In this document: positions 38,757 through 47,933 of the stretch, one piece after another
Position numbering within the stretch: the stretch's first letter is position 1
Layout: every line of letters starts with the position of its first letter
Source: an uncultured Flavobacteriales bacterium
GTDB lineage: Bacteria; Bacteroidota; Bacteroidia; CAIKAF01
Direction of reading: 5' to 3'
Assembly (NCBI GenBank): GCA_903825395.1
Contig: CAIKAF010000005.1
Span: forward strand, 82,755 to 146,754
DNA: 64,000 nt
Position numbers and translations under genes: made by a program
Notes under the pieces: model-generated
What the model was told of the DNA's origin: nothing
The model's database searches: none
Seen by the model: only the letters and a program-made list of their open reading frames with translations

Positions 38757-38875
38757 GGTTTTTACCACAAAACTCAACAAGGGCGCCGCAACCTGCAAAG
38801 AGGCGACTCAAACTCTAACGCCTTCTCTTTGAGAACTTTGCGCCGACTTAGTGCCCTTTGTGGTAAAATATCTCT
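38745..38875 (+). repeat. Palindromic repeat family 2, copy e (single unit)
   Basis: tttttaccacaaaactcaacaagggcgccgcaacctgcaaagag…ctctttgagaactttgcgccgacttagtgccctttgtggtaaaa. Its right arm overlaps the last 8 codons and the stop of the WbuX-like gene. Confidence 0.7.
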
Positions 38876-39966
38876 TTTACCTGCTTCACCGGCCACGAAA
38901 GCCTCCGCAACACATGCATTACGCTGGGATATGCCAAATGCGGCACCGGAGGCTGTTCCATGTAATAATCAAATTCCTCCTCCGTAAACCCGAGCTTTTT
39001 CAGCACAAACCGCTTGTCTTTTTCCAATAATTCCGGCGGACAAATGGGCTTTCCGAGTTCTTCCAATGCCTCGGCACGACTCAGCTGACCGGCACAAATC
39101 AAGGTTGACAAATGGCTCTTCCGCTTATCCACCCCAAACTTCTTCGGCAAAATATAAGACTGATAAAAACGTGTAAACACCGATTCATGGTGCTTGCCTC
39201 CATAGTCTTGCCAACCCAATTCGGCGCGCAAACGCTGCTTTACGGCCTCCTTCTGGTAGGGTACATAATTCAAAATGGGGATAGAAACGGGCGCCTTCCC
39301 CCCCTGTCCCCAGCGGTATCGGTAGTACGACATCAACGGAAAACTCGGAATGGGAATCTCCCCAAACCGCATATGAATTCCAAGAATATTTAAATGGTCT
39401 AATTTATTGTGAATCCAGGCCGAGGGCAGCTGCCCTTCGGTCGCAAAATGTTCTCCACTTAAAATATAGCGGACCTTGAACTTCCTGGCCACCTGAAACA
39501 ACGTTGCGGCAATGGCATGATCGGTCAGCGCTTCAATATCAATCACACCGGCGCGAAGGTAGGCCCGCTGAAGGTCGCGAAACTCTTCCCAACGCACCAC
39601 ATAGGTGAACAAATCCATGTTCAGGGCACTCAGCATCCGCTCCATGTTTAAGACAGCCCGTTCCGAATTCCAGCCGTTGTCAAAATGCACGGCCAGCACG
39701 CGGAGGCCCAGGTCCTTGCTGAGCAGTGCCACGTACGAGCTGTCCACTCCACCGCTCAGTCCAATCAGCGCATCGTAGGGTTTTCCTTTTCCCTCTCTGC
39801 GCAGCTTTTGCAGCAAAACTTCCAGCTCTGCCGCCGATTTTTGCCGTTTCGGCGCCGTTTTAGCATAATGCCGGCAGACCGAACACCGACCGGCCTCATC
39901 CAAGCGCAGGTCAGGCACATCAACCTCATTCAGCAGGCATTGCGCACATTCCCTCATCAAATCCAT
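38848..39966 (-). CDS. N-acetyl-sugar amidotransferase (WbuX/WbpG/PseA-like PP-loop ATP pyrophosphatase)
   Basis: The N-terminus CAQCLLNEVDVPDLRLDEAGRCSVCRHY is the Cys-rich WbuX-type start. The PP-loop is GLSGGVDSSY, and the protein is 372 aa. Confidence 0.8.
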   Translation of the reverse strand: MDLMRECAQCLLNEVDVPDLRLDEAGRCSVCRHYAKTAPKRQKSAAELEVLLQKLRREGKGKPYDALIGLSGGVDSSYVALLSKDLGLRVLAVHFDNGWNSERAVLNMERMLSALNMDLFTYVVRWEEFRDLQRAYLRAGVIDIEALTDHAIAATLFQVARKFKVRYILSGEHFATEGQLPSAWIHNKLDHLNILGIHMRFGEIPIPSFPLMSYYRYRWGQGGKAPVSIPILNYVPYQKEAVKQRLRAELGWQDYGGKHHESVFTRFYQSYILPKKFGVDKRKSHLSTLICAGQLSRAEALEELGKPICPPELLEKDKRFVLKKLGFTEEEFDYYMEQPPVPHLAYPSVMHVLRRLSWPVKQVKEIFYHKGH

Positions 39967-40015
39967 GGTTTAGGCTCAAACATACAGAAAAACAGGGGGT
40001 TGATACCCTGATGTA

Positions 40016-40174
40016 TTTTTTGTGGGGCGGCTGCGGGCTTTCACGGGTAGTCCGCGGGGCCGGGCGGGGCCGCCAGCGGGTTTGCGGGGGCTCACAAGCT
40101 CGCCTCCGCACCGCGCGGCGGCCAACCGCCCGGCCCCTTGCGGGCAACCTTGTTCAATCCCTGCCACGGGCCTC
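40016..40174 (+). repeat. GC-rich dispersed repeat, family 1, copy E
   Basis: Near-identical in outline to copy A. It contains a 12+7-bp hairpin, ggggccgggcgg ggccgcc at 40056–40074 paired with ggcggccaaccgcccggcccc at 40117–40137. Confidence 0.85.
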
Positions 40175-40202
40175 TTAAAAAAACGGATTTCAAAATTCAG
40201 AT

Positions 40203-40946
40203 TTATGGATAATGTATCAAAACCGCCTTATGCCGCCCATAAAAAACAAAACAAGAAGAGGCCGCAAGGCCTGAAGCCGCCGCCAACGACTCGTCGGAAA
40301 AATCAAGCTTTCCCCGACATCCCCCGGCCAAAACCATAGGTAAATCCGTGGTGGAAGCCAGCAGGTCCAAGGCGCTCGAATCATAGCCGGTGTACAATCC
40401 ATCGCCCTCTATATGATGCACCACCAATTCTCCGGCCCCAAGTCCCCCGGCAAAAACGGCAGCTTCCGAAAGCTCCATACCCAAGGGAACCGTTCCACTG
40501 TGGGTAAAGCAAGTTCGTAACCCATTCGCATTCCGCCGGTAATCGAGCGAGACCACCACCGAACTGCTGCCCATCAAGGCGGCACTGCCCTCAATGAGCG
40601 CGGGCTGTATCCCCAGCGCTGTATTGAAAACAACTTTCTCAAATCCCGTATCCATTAGCCATTTAACCTCGTCCAAATGGGCAATGCCTCCTCCATACCC
40701 CAGGGGCATCTGAGCCTCCCCGGCCAAATTACTCAGCATTTGCCTGGGCAGCCCCCGGCCATGCAGGGTTTGGCGGAAGCCCATCAGCAGAATTTCATCG
40801 GCTTCTTTTTCATTAAATACCCGTAAGGCATTGATGGGGTCACCGACATAAATGGGCTCTTGGAAACCCCTTGTTTTCCAAAGTCCGCCTTCAAATATTC
40901 CCAAAACAGGAATACGGCGCAGCTTCTTTTTTAAGATTGCATCCAC
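40203..40946 (-). CDS. Imidazole-glycerol-phosphate-synthase cyclase-subunit homologue (HisF-like, WbuZ-type) for amidotransferase ammonia delivery
   Basis: HisF-like blocks are RRIPVLGIFEGGLWKTRGF…GDPINALRVFNEKEADEILLM…PMVLAGGCRG, and the protein is 247 aa. It is adjacent to the WbuX-like and HisH-like genes. Confidence 0.8.
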   Translation of the reverse strand: MDAILKKKLRRIPVLGIFEGGLWKTRGFQEPIYVGDPINALRVFNEKEADEILLMGFRQTLHGRGLPRQMLSNLAGEAQMPLGYGGGIAHLDEVKWLMDTGFEKVVFNTALGIQPALIEGSAALMGSSSVVVSLDYRRNANGLRTCFTHSGTVPLGMELSEAAVFAGGLGAGELVVHHIEGDGLYTGYDSSALDLLASTTDLPMVLAGGCRGKLDFSDESLAAASGLAASSCFVFYGRHKAVLIHYP

Positions 40947-43900
40947 AAATCGACCAGGCGTTGATAGTTGGTTTCGGCTAAAAATCTTTTCTCATGCAGT
41001 TCTCGGGCATTTTCCCTTAGGGAAGCGTATTCTTCTTGCTTCAACTTTGCGAAGGCCTTCAGGGCCTCGGTCAAACTGTCTTTGTCTTCCGGTTCAACCA
41101 GATAGCCGCTGTGAGCGTTTTCCACCACATCGGGTATCCCGAATATTTTAGGCGCAATGCAGGGCAATCCCAAGGAAAGCCCTTCCATAAGAGAAACGGG
41201 TACGCCCTCATACCTACTGCTGTTCACCAATGCATGAACCTGCAGTTCTTTCAACCGGTCTAAAATCAACTCAGGGGCAACATAGCCATGAAACAGGATG
41301 CGCAGCCCATTCCTTTTGGCTTGAATTGCGTTGGCCCGATTCACAAATTGATGGGTGTAGGGGTTGTCCGGTTGCTTGCCGAAATGATGCCACTCCAGGG
41401 CCGGCCCATCCCATTCCTCCAGCACATCCAACAGCAAGTCCAGATTTTTTAAAGGGATGAGGGCCGCCAAGGAAGCCAAGCGAATGGGCAATCCCCAGGC
41501 TACCGAATGCCAGTCCGAAGGATTTACCCCCAAACGGGCCAGCCAAAATCGAGATTCCGACTCCGGATAGCGCCCCTTTAAGTAATTCAACCCATGTCGG
41601 GAATTCACGGCAATGGCCGTCAGTTGAGAAAAAATAAAGGCCCGGTGCGGCAAATAATGGAAGGGATGCCGTTCGGCATACATGTCGGAACCATGGGTTC
41701 GGCTGCCCGATACCGATATCCAAGATCGACGCATCCACAATGCCAACATATAGGCCGCATGATCGGTCCAATAGGCATACCAAACGCCGGAATCCACATC
41801 AAGGGCTTTTTCTTTCAGTGCGCGCCGTACATTCTGCTCCAGCGTGGCCGCCATGGCCTCGTAAGCCAAGGCCGTTTTAATTCCCAACAGATGCGGCCCG
41901 GGTAAATCGCGCAAAAATCGACCTAAACGGTGCGGCAAGCCCGATTTCAATACAGCCTTGAATTTATTCGGCAAGGTCATGCCCGCCGAAACATCCACCA
42001 CATCTACATTCGTAGGCATCGCAAATAAGGGCTGTTCCGACCGCGGTCCCGGATGGTAATTGAACACCACAATTCGCTGAAAGCGCTGGGCCAAGACCTG
42101 CAATTCCGCAGCAAAATAGGGCTCACAAACCCCAAACGGGAAATCCCTGGCCAATACAAACAGGGTGGTATCGCTCCTTTTATGCGCTACCGTTTTGCTG
42201 TGGAATGAACCAACATTGCGCTTCAGTTCAAACCCAGCCTCCTGCAGCCATTCACGCAGCAAATTCCGCCCCTGGGCATGGCTTTTTTCCGGATGAAATT
42301 GAAACCCCTGAATATGCCCGGCCTTTAATCCTACAGTTATTTTGCTCTGACCAAAGTCACATTCATGGCTAATGCTTCGGCTGTCTTCGGCTTGGCAGAC
42401 ATACCCATGGGTGAAATAAAACCGGCCCAGTGCCTCGCCCTCAGAGCTTGATACCCTATCCCAGCCTATGTGAGGCCAGGTTAACCCTTGTTCTGCCGCT
42501 GTAGTTTTCAGAGAAACCACCTTCCCGGGTATCCAGCCCAATCCGGGCTCCTGCCCCTCTTCGCTGCGCTCCATCAAGCACTGCATCCCCAAACAAACCC
42601 CTAAAATGGGCTTTTTTGATGCATGATGCCGGTTCAAGGCTGCCTTTAATTCGGGCTCGTTTAAGCGAGACATGGCGGCATCAAAATGCCCCACGCCCGG
42701 TAATACCAAGGCCCTGCAGCTTTCCACCTGCTCGGCCCGACTCATGGCTTTGGCACTAAGCCCCTCGTCTCGAAACAACTGCAACCAAACATCTATGTTC
42801 CCCGTCCCCACCGAAACAATTCCAATGTCTATTTGACCCGTTTCCCCTTGAACTTCTGTAGATATAGCCCCCCGTAACTGGGACGAAAGCTGCCGATAAT
42901 TGACTTGGTCATGAAACAACTTTTGTTGGATTGCCCTACTGCCCCGCCTCAATTCAATGTAATCCTCAGAGCTCAAACTCAACAATTCTTGTATGGCACT
43001 GCGTATGCTCTGCGGGTCTTCCGGCTGCAACAAAAATCCGGAAACGCCATCCACCACCAACTCGGGTACCCCACAAATTTGGGGACCCAATACCGGAATT
43101 CCCAGGGAAGCCACTTCCATCATAGACACCGGAATTCCTTCAAACAGACTGGTATTTATTAACGCCGTTGGGTTCAATTCCCTTATTCTTTGCATCATGT
43201 CTGCCGGCGGCACAAACCCATGAGCGACCACCCGCACCCGGGGATTCTGAACCGCCAAGGCTTCCATTTTGCGCAAAATCGCTGCTCCGTATTCCAATTT
43301 TGCGGCCTGCCCAAAATGATGCCATTCCAACTCCTCCCCATCCCAATGCCACAAGGCCTCGATTAAGCCCTCTATGTTTTTTACGGGCGAGATTTTCGAC
43401 AAGGAAAGCAGACGAGGTGTTCGCCTTTCGGGAGGCGCAAGTTCCGGCTGAACAGGTACCCCCAAGCGACTCAACAATATTCGGGATGAGGCGCGGGGCG
43501 TTTGATTCCACAGGTAGCGTTGAGCATGGGCCGAAATGGGCAACACCTGACTTAGGTTTTCATGAATAAACTTCCGAAAGGGCAAATAGGCATAGGGGTG
43601 CCGTTCCATGTACACATCGGTATTGTGTACCCGGCACAGGCTGCGCCCTATTTCCCCTTTCTTTTGCCAGCGGGCCAACATGTAAGCCGCATCATCGCAC
43701 CAGTAGCTGTACCAGATCCAACTGGCCCTGTTCCCCTCCCAAACGGAACGCAATTCCTTCTCCATGCGTTCGGAAGCTTCAATGTAAGCCAAGGCCACCT
43801 TAAAGGTGTAGGCATTAAAGGGCACTCCAGTCCGCCGGATGTCCCTCCAGATGGAAATCCAGCGCCCCCCCAAAAAAACCTTGAAGGCCGTTCTAAGTTT

Positions 43901-44140
43901 TGTTCCAAAACTGGCTTTCCCCTTCAGTTCGAACAAGCGCACCCCGGCGGGCAATGCAAAGTCCGGGGGATTTTTCTTTCGCGTCGCTGCATGCTTGCAG
44001 ACGATGGCAATTTCATCAAATTCCTGAACCAGTTTCTTCAGTTCTGCATGGAAGAAGGGCTCGCCCGTAGAATAGGGGTAGTCTTCTACTACAACCGCCA
44101 GTTTGCGTTGGCCCTGGTTCATGGCTTTAGTGTATTCCAA
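40931..44140 (-). CDS. Triple-fusion protein: GT4-like glycosyltransferase – HisH-like class I glutamine amidotransferase (WbuY-type) – GT4-like glycosyltransferase
   Basis: Protein is 1069 aa. The central part DIGIVSVGTGNIDVWLQLF…LVLPGVGHFD…ILGVCLGMQCL…GFQFHPEKS is HisH, with the Cys-His-Glu triad context. The flanks are paralogous GT halves, sharing the motifs ELEWHHFGQ/ALEWHHFGK and YAYLPFRKFI/FHYLPHRAFI. Confidence 0.8.
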   Translation of the reverse strand: MEYTKAMNQGQRKLAVVVEDYPYSTGEPFFHAELKKLVQEFDEIAIVCKHAATRKKNPPDFALPAGVRLFELKGKASFGTKLRTAFKVFLGGRWISIWRDIRRTGVPFNAYTFKVALAYIEASERMEKELRSVWEGNRASWIWYSYWCDDAAYMLARWQKKGEIGRSLCRVHNTDVYMERHPYAYLPFRKFIHENLSQVLPISAHAQRYLWNQTPRASSRILLSRLGVPVQPELAPPERRTPRLLSLSKISPVKNIEGLIEALWHWDGEELEWHHFGQAAKLEYGAAILRKMEALAVQNPRVRVVAHGFVPPADMMQRIRELNPTALINTSLFEGIPVSMMEVASLGIPVLGPQICGVPELVVDGVSGFLLQPEDPQSIRSAIQELLSLSSEDYIELRRGSRAIQQKLFHDQVNYRQLSSQLRGAISTEVQGETGQIDIGIVSVGTGNIDVWLQLFRDEGLSAKAMSRAEQVESCRALVLPGVGHFDAAMSRLNEPELKAALNRHHASKKPILGVCLGMQCLMERSEEGQEPGLGWIPGKVVSLKTTAAEQGLTWPHIGWDRVSSSEGEALGRFYFTHGYVCQAEDSRSISHECDFGQSKITVGLKAGHIQGFQFHPEKSHAQGRNLLREWLQEAGFELKRNVGSFHSKTVAHKRSDTTLFVLARDFPFGVCEPYFAAELQVLAQRFQRIVVFNYHPGPRSEQPLFAMPTNVDVVDVSAGMTLPNKFKAVLKSGLPHRLGRFLRDLPGPHLLGIKTALAYEAMAATLEQNVRRALKEKALDVDSGVWYAYWTDHAAYMLALWMRRSWISVSGSRTHGSDMYAERHPFHYLPHRAFIFSQLTAIAVNSRHGLNYLKGRYPESESRFWLARLGVNPSDWHSVAWGLPIRLASLAALIPLKNLDLLLDVLEEWDGPALEWHHFGKQPDNPYTHQFVNRANAIQAKRNGLRILFHGYVAPELILDRLKELQVHALVNSSRYEGVPVSLMEGLSLGLPCIAPKIFGIPDVVENAHSGYLVEPEDKDSLTEALKAFAKLKQEEYASLRENARELHEKRFLAETNYQRLVDLWMQS

Positions 44141-45048
44141 ATCGACGAAAACCCGGGAATACAGCTGGCTAGATTAAACATGCGAGCGGGAGTATGTTTA
44201 TTGAAGGGTTGTTGCCTCAACGACAACAGCAAGTACCGGAGGGTGGATGGAGTATTGCCTTGTTGCCGTTCCCAATCGGCCATTTTGAACAGCACATCGG
44301 CCAGCAAAAAGCGCTTAACTTTGGTGGAAATCAAGCCCGATTCCGGCGTTTTAAAGAAAGCCAGCAGACCTTGGTGGCGCTTAAATATGGCACGGCTGGA
44401 ACTGTGCACGGAATTACCCTCATGTACCCGATACTTCATTAGGGGCTGGGGAAGGTACCCCAACCGGAAACGGTTAAGCAGTTGCACCCACAACACCGTA
44501 TCTTCCACAATCACGATGTCTTCCCTGAAACAAAATTCAAAAAAGGCCGAGGCATCTACGCACACTCGAGATGGCGTTGCCGGATATTGGCAGAGCCAAT
44601 CTGCCAGGGGTTCTTTCGGAATCGGCATCTCGGCCTGCTGGCAATGCTGCCCGTCCCAGATATAAAATCCGGTAAGCCAAAGCGAGGGAGGTGTGGGCTG
44701 GGTATGAATCTGTTCGGCCAAAACCGCCAGAAAATCTGGCAAGTAGCAATCGTCGCTGTCCAAAAAGCAGAGCCAGTTTCCCTTGGCTTGCCGTGCTCCG
44801 TGGTTGCGGGCGGCCGACCTCTCCTTATTTTCTTGTTGAACACCCCGTATTCGGGCATCGCGTTTAACCCATTCCTGAATGACGCCCCAACTGCCGTCCT
44901 GCGAACCATCGTCCACCAATATGCATTCCCAATGTGGATACGATTGGTCTAAGACCGACTGAACCGTCTCGTCCATCAAATGCTCTCGGTTGTAAATCGG
45001 GATTACAATAGAGAAAAACGGGCGATTCCTTTCCAAATTGGGGTTCAA
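44119..45048 (-). CDS. Glycosyltransferase family 2
   Basis: FSIVIPIYNREHLMDETVQSVLDQSYPHWECILVDDGSQDGS, with a DxD in FLDSDD. Confidence 0.85.
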   Translation of the reverse strand: MNPNLERNRPFFSIVIPIYNREHLMDETVQSVLDQSYPHWECILVDDGSQDGSWGVIQEWVKRDARIRGVQQENKERSAARNHGARQAKGNWLCFLDSDDCYLPDFLAVLAEQIHTQPTPPSLWLTGFYIWDGQHCQQAEMPIPKEPLADWLCQYPATPSRVCVDASAFFEFCFREDIVIVEDTVLWVQLLNRFRLGYLPQPLMKYRVHEGNSVHSSSRAIFKRHQGLLAFFKTPESGLISTKVKRFLLADVLFKMADWERQQGNTPSTLRYLLLSLRQQPFNKHTPARMFNLASCIPGFSSIWNTLKP

Positions 45049-45083
45049 CGAGAAATTAAGAAAAATGGGGGTGTACTGCCTCC

Positions 45084-45722
45084 TTAAACAATCCAGCGGA
45101 TGACCTCAAACGCTTCTGCGTATTCGGACTCAAACTGAGTACCACGGGTTTTCGCCAGGCCTCGAATAAAATCGGCGCTTAAGTAGGATCGGTGTTGTTG
45201 AGAGGCATATTGCTGCAAGGCTAGTATTTTTTTCTCCACATGCCTTTCCTGCAATTGAACGAAGCATCGCGTTTCAAAAACAATGTTGTTCCATGGCATC
45301 TCATACCCTAAAATAGAAGATTTTTTAAAGGCCCTTAGTCCTTCATTCGCTATCACCTGATGGTCTTGATGAATATCATTTAAACTGGGTAAAAAAATAA
45401 CCTCCGGGCGAAATTGATTCCGCATATCAATCAAGGTTTGAAGAATTTGCTGTCGGAACTCCGGAAAATGACGCACCTTAAACCGATGGAAATGAATATT
45501 GTCGGGGGTCAGCCCCAATGCCAGCATGGCTTTTTGAAATTCAAAGGCCAAGGCGTCCTTTTCAAATCCGGCAGGGAGGGAATCTTCCGCAATGGAAAAA
45601 GCAACGCACTTTACCTCATGCCCCTCTTCAACCAAACGGGCAATACTTCCACCACAACCCAACTCCCCGTCGTCGGTGTGAGGAGCCAGAACCAAAATTC
45701 GAGTAGGAGATAAGGATATCAT
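45084..45722 (-). CDS. PIG-L/LmbE-family N-acetylglucosaminyl deacetylase
   Basis: ILVLAPHTDDGELGCGGSIARL…HQDHQ is the LmbE metal-binding pattern, and the protein is 212 aa. Confidence 0.8.
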   Translation of the reverse strand: MISLSPTRILVLAPHTDDGELGCGGSIARLVEEGHEVKCVAFSIAEDSLPAGFEKDALAFEFQKAMLALGLTPDNIHFHRFKVRHFPEFRQQILQTLIDMRNQFRPEVIFLPSLNDIHQDHQVIANEGLRAFKKSSILGYEMPWNNIVFETRCFVQLQERHVEKKILALQQYASQQHRSYLSADFIRGLAKTRGTQFESEYAEAFEVIRWIV

Positions 45723-46792
45723 AATTGACTCACCTGTTTATACATGGTAGAAAAAGCTTCTGGGTCAAAGATAAGATTCTGCTTACTGTAGTGGTCAACC
45801 AACGGGTCTCTTTCCGGTTGGGCAAACAAAACCGCATACCGTATGTTCAACATATTGCACATTTTAAAAAAGTGAAACTTATATTGTTTTCGATGCAGAT
45901 AATCTTGATTGGTAATGTCATACAGGGTTGCTTCTTGGGGCATAAACATAGCATTAATGGTTCCTGCTCCGGTAATTCCAACCAATTCGCGGGCATCTCT
46001 TAGGGTTGCAATTTGAGACTTAAAGGGCAATTCTTCCAGAAAGACTGTATCAAAGCCCAACTCGGAAAGGGTTTTTTCGGCCTGGGCCTCGTTGCTAAAC
46101 CTTTTCCGCGCTGCCCGCTCTCTAGACAAGTAAATTTTAGTCCCAAATTGAGAGGGGGTATCTTCCGCCCATTTTAGCAGCAAGGCTCTAACCGCCTGGG
46201 TCTGTTCGGGAATAAACATGGGTGTCCAGGGTTTCACTTCGGGCATCACCAAGTGAGGAACTTCAATGTGGTAGTGGTTGGGAATGACCTCCCTACGCAA
46301 ATCAGGAAAGAGTTCCAGCGACTCTCTAACATAAGGAATGGTATGCCATACTTCGGGATAAATAAGATGAAGGTCTGAATGCTGGGCTTTCACCGCCAAA
46401 ATTCGGGGCAAGCATTCTGTTATCCAAAAATAGTAGCTGAACCATGGCGAATGAACCAGCAAATATTGTTTGTTGGCGTCCAGCTTTAGCCGTTTTAAGC
46501 TTCGGCCCAACTTACTCACCAAGGCTTGTTCCAAACCGGTGCGCCAATGGGAGAAATAATGGCAGGAGTCATAGCTTGAAAACCCCAAGTTGGGAGCAGA
46601 GCCCTTGGCCAACAGGCCGTTTTTAATCACCAGGCCATCTTCGGACACAAAGGTGTTTTTTAAATGGCGCACCTTCAGTTTTACCCGCAAATACCGGTCA
46701 TCTATTTTAAAAAGGTGATTCCAGGCTGGAATATGGTTAACCGGCAAGCGAAAATTAAGAACCGCTTGTGGTGTTTCCTTAATTAATGACAT
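45719..46792 (-). CDS. GT61/DUF563-family glycosyltransferase (paralogue 1 of 3)
   Basis: The YLLVHSPWFSYYFWITECLPRIL block is shared with 55541..56629 (YLLIHHKWFGYSFWLTCFMPRLL) and 57652..58800 (YYHWMTETVPRLRLW). Confidence 0.6.
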   Translation of the reverse strand: MSLIKETPQAVLNFRLPVNHIPAWNHLFKIDDRYLRVKLKVRHLKNTFVSEDGLVIKNGLLAKGSAPNLGFSSYDSCHYFSHWRTGLEQALVSKLGRSLKRLKLDANKQYLLVHSPWFSYYFWITECLPRILAVKAQHSDLHLIYPEVWHTIPYVRESLELFPDLRREVIPNHYHIEVPHLVMPEVKPWTPMFIPEQTQAVRALLLKWAEDTPSQFGTKIYLSRERAARKRFSNEAQAEKTLSELGFDTVFLEELPFKSQIATLRDARELVGITGAGTINAMFMPQEATLYDITNQDYLHRKQYKFHFFKMCNMLNIRYAVLFAQPERDPLVDHYSKQNLIFDPEAFSTMYKQVSQL

Positions 46793-46816
46793 GCTGACGG
46801 TGTTCGGCCGAAATCT

Positions 46817-47932
46817 TCATTTCAGGCATTTTTTAATCGCTTGAATCCATTTTTCTTCTGCGGCAATCGAATGCCGGCTTAAAATTTCTTCCCGGTTGGC
46901 TTTCCCCATGTCATCCCAATTTTGCCTTTTATCCAATAAGTTTTGAAGGGCCTGTGCGAACTCGGCGGCGGTTGGTCCAAACAGCTGATGTTCCGTTTGT
47001 TCTCCAAGCACCTCTCTGTTGGCCGGAATATCTGATACTAAAACAGGCAAGCCGGCAAGCATATACTCCATAATGCTGTTGGAATAGCCCTCAGAATCGG
47101 TGGCCAAAATCCCCACATCTACCCCCTCGAGCATTGCTTCGGTTAAGGAACTATAATGACAAAATTTCACCTTAGATTTTAGATTTAAATCAAAGGCTTG
47201 GGCCTTGATAATTTCCAAAAAGTAGCCTCCGGGCGCCTTCCCTGAAAACACAAGTTCAATCGCCGATTCGGGCTGTGTTTCCTCCCAGCATTTTAAGCCC
47301 TGAAGTACTACGTCTTGGCGTTTACCCGGGAAAAAATTGGCCATCATCAGCACGCGGACTGTGTCTTCATGGTCTTTTTCGCGTTTATTCACGCCTTTAA
47401 AATTTTCGGCAATTAGATTGGGAATAATATTGACCATATCCTTTGAAATCAAGTTATGCCTTTCGGAAATACCATTGGCGGCTGCTTGGCTGTTGGCAGC
47501 ATAGTTTCGTGCACCCCACCTAGAAACTCGCTCTAAGGTGCTGTAGGGTAAGCCTAGGTCAACTGAACGTTGGTTCCACAGGCATGGAATGCGCCAAAGG
47601 CCTATGCTAGAAAAAGAAGAAAGTACATTTGGCCAGTACGTAAAAGGCAAAAGAAGGCTGGGCTTTAATGCACGCAATTCAGCTCTACCGGTAAAGGCTC
47701 TTTTCCAAAGCGTTGTCCGGTTTTGATGATAGCCGATAGAAAGTTGAAGAGAGTGGTGTTCAATATTTTCTTTTTCAAGTTCCGTTTGCAATTCCCCGGG
47801 GCGCCCTATTCCTACCACAACAGGAATTCCAATATTGGCATCACGTATTAATCGAGCCAGTTGCATAGCCTGCCTTTCTGCACCGCCAAGGGTCAAGGAT
47901 GGAATAACGAGTATGATTCGGGGGAGGTCCAT
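46817..47932 (-). CDS. Glycosyltransferase family 4
   Basis: GT-B fold with an N-terminal ILVIPSLTLGGAERQ and a C-terminal Glycos_transf_1-like EGYSNSIMEYMLAGLPVLVSD. Confidence 0.75.
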   Translation of the reverse strand: MDLPRIILVIPSLTLGGAERQAMQLARLIRDANIGIPVVVGIGRPGELQTELEKENIEHHSLQLSIGYHQNRTTLWKRAFTGRAELRALKPSLLLPFTYWPNVLSSFSSIGLWRIPCLWNQRSVDLGLPYSTLERVSRWGARNYAANSQAAANGISERHNLISKDMVNIIPNLIAENFKGVNKREKDHEDTVRVLMMANFFPGKRQDVVLQGLKCWEETQPESAIELVFSGKAPGGYFLEIIKAQAFDLNLKSKVKFCHYSSLTEAMLEGVDVGILATDSEGYSNSIMEYMLAGLPVLVSDIPANREVLGEQTEHQLFGPTAAEFAQALQNLLDKRQNWDDMGKANREEILSRHSIAAEEKWIQAIKKCLK

Positions 47933-47933
47933 T

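Noticed and set aside
43562-44665. 367-aa plus-strand ORF (and the many 60–180-aa plus-strand ORFs between 35.6 and 63.7 kb)
   Set aside because: They are antisense to long minus-strand genes that have clear GT, HisH or WbuX signatures. They have no start-codon context or motifs, which is the usual pattern for antisense ORFs in GC-balanced DNA.
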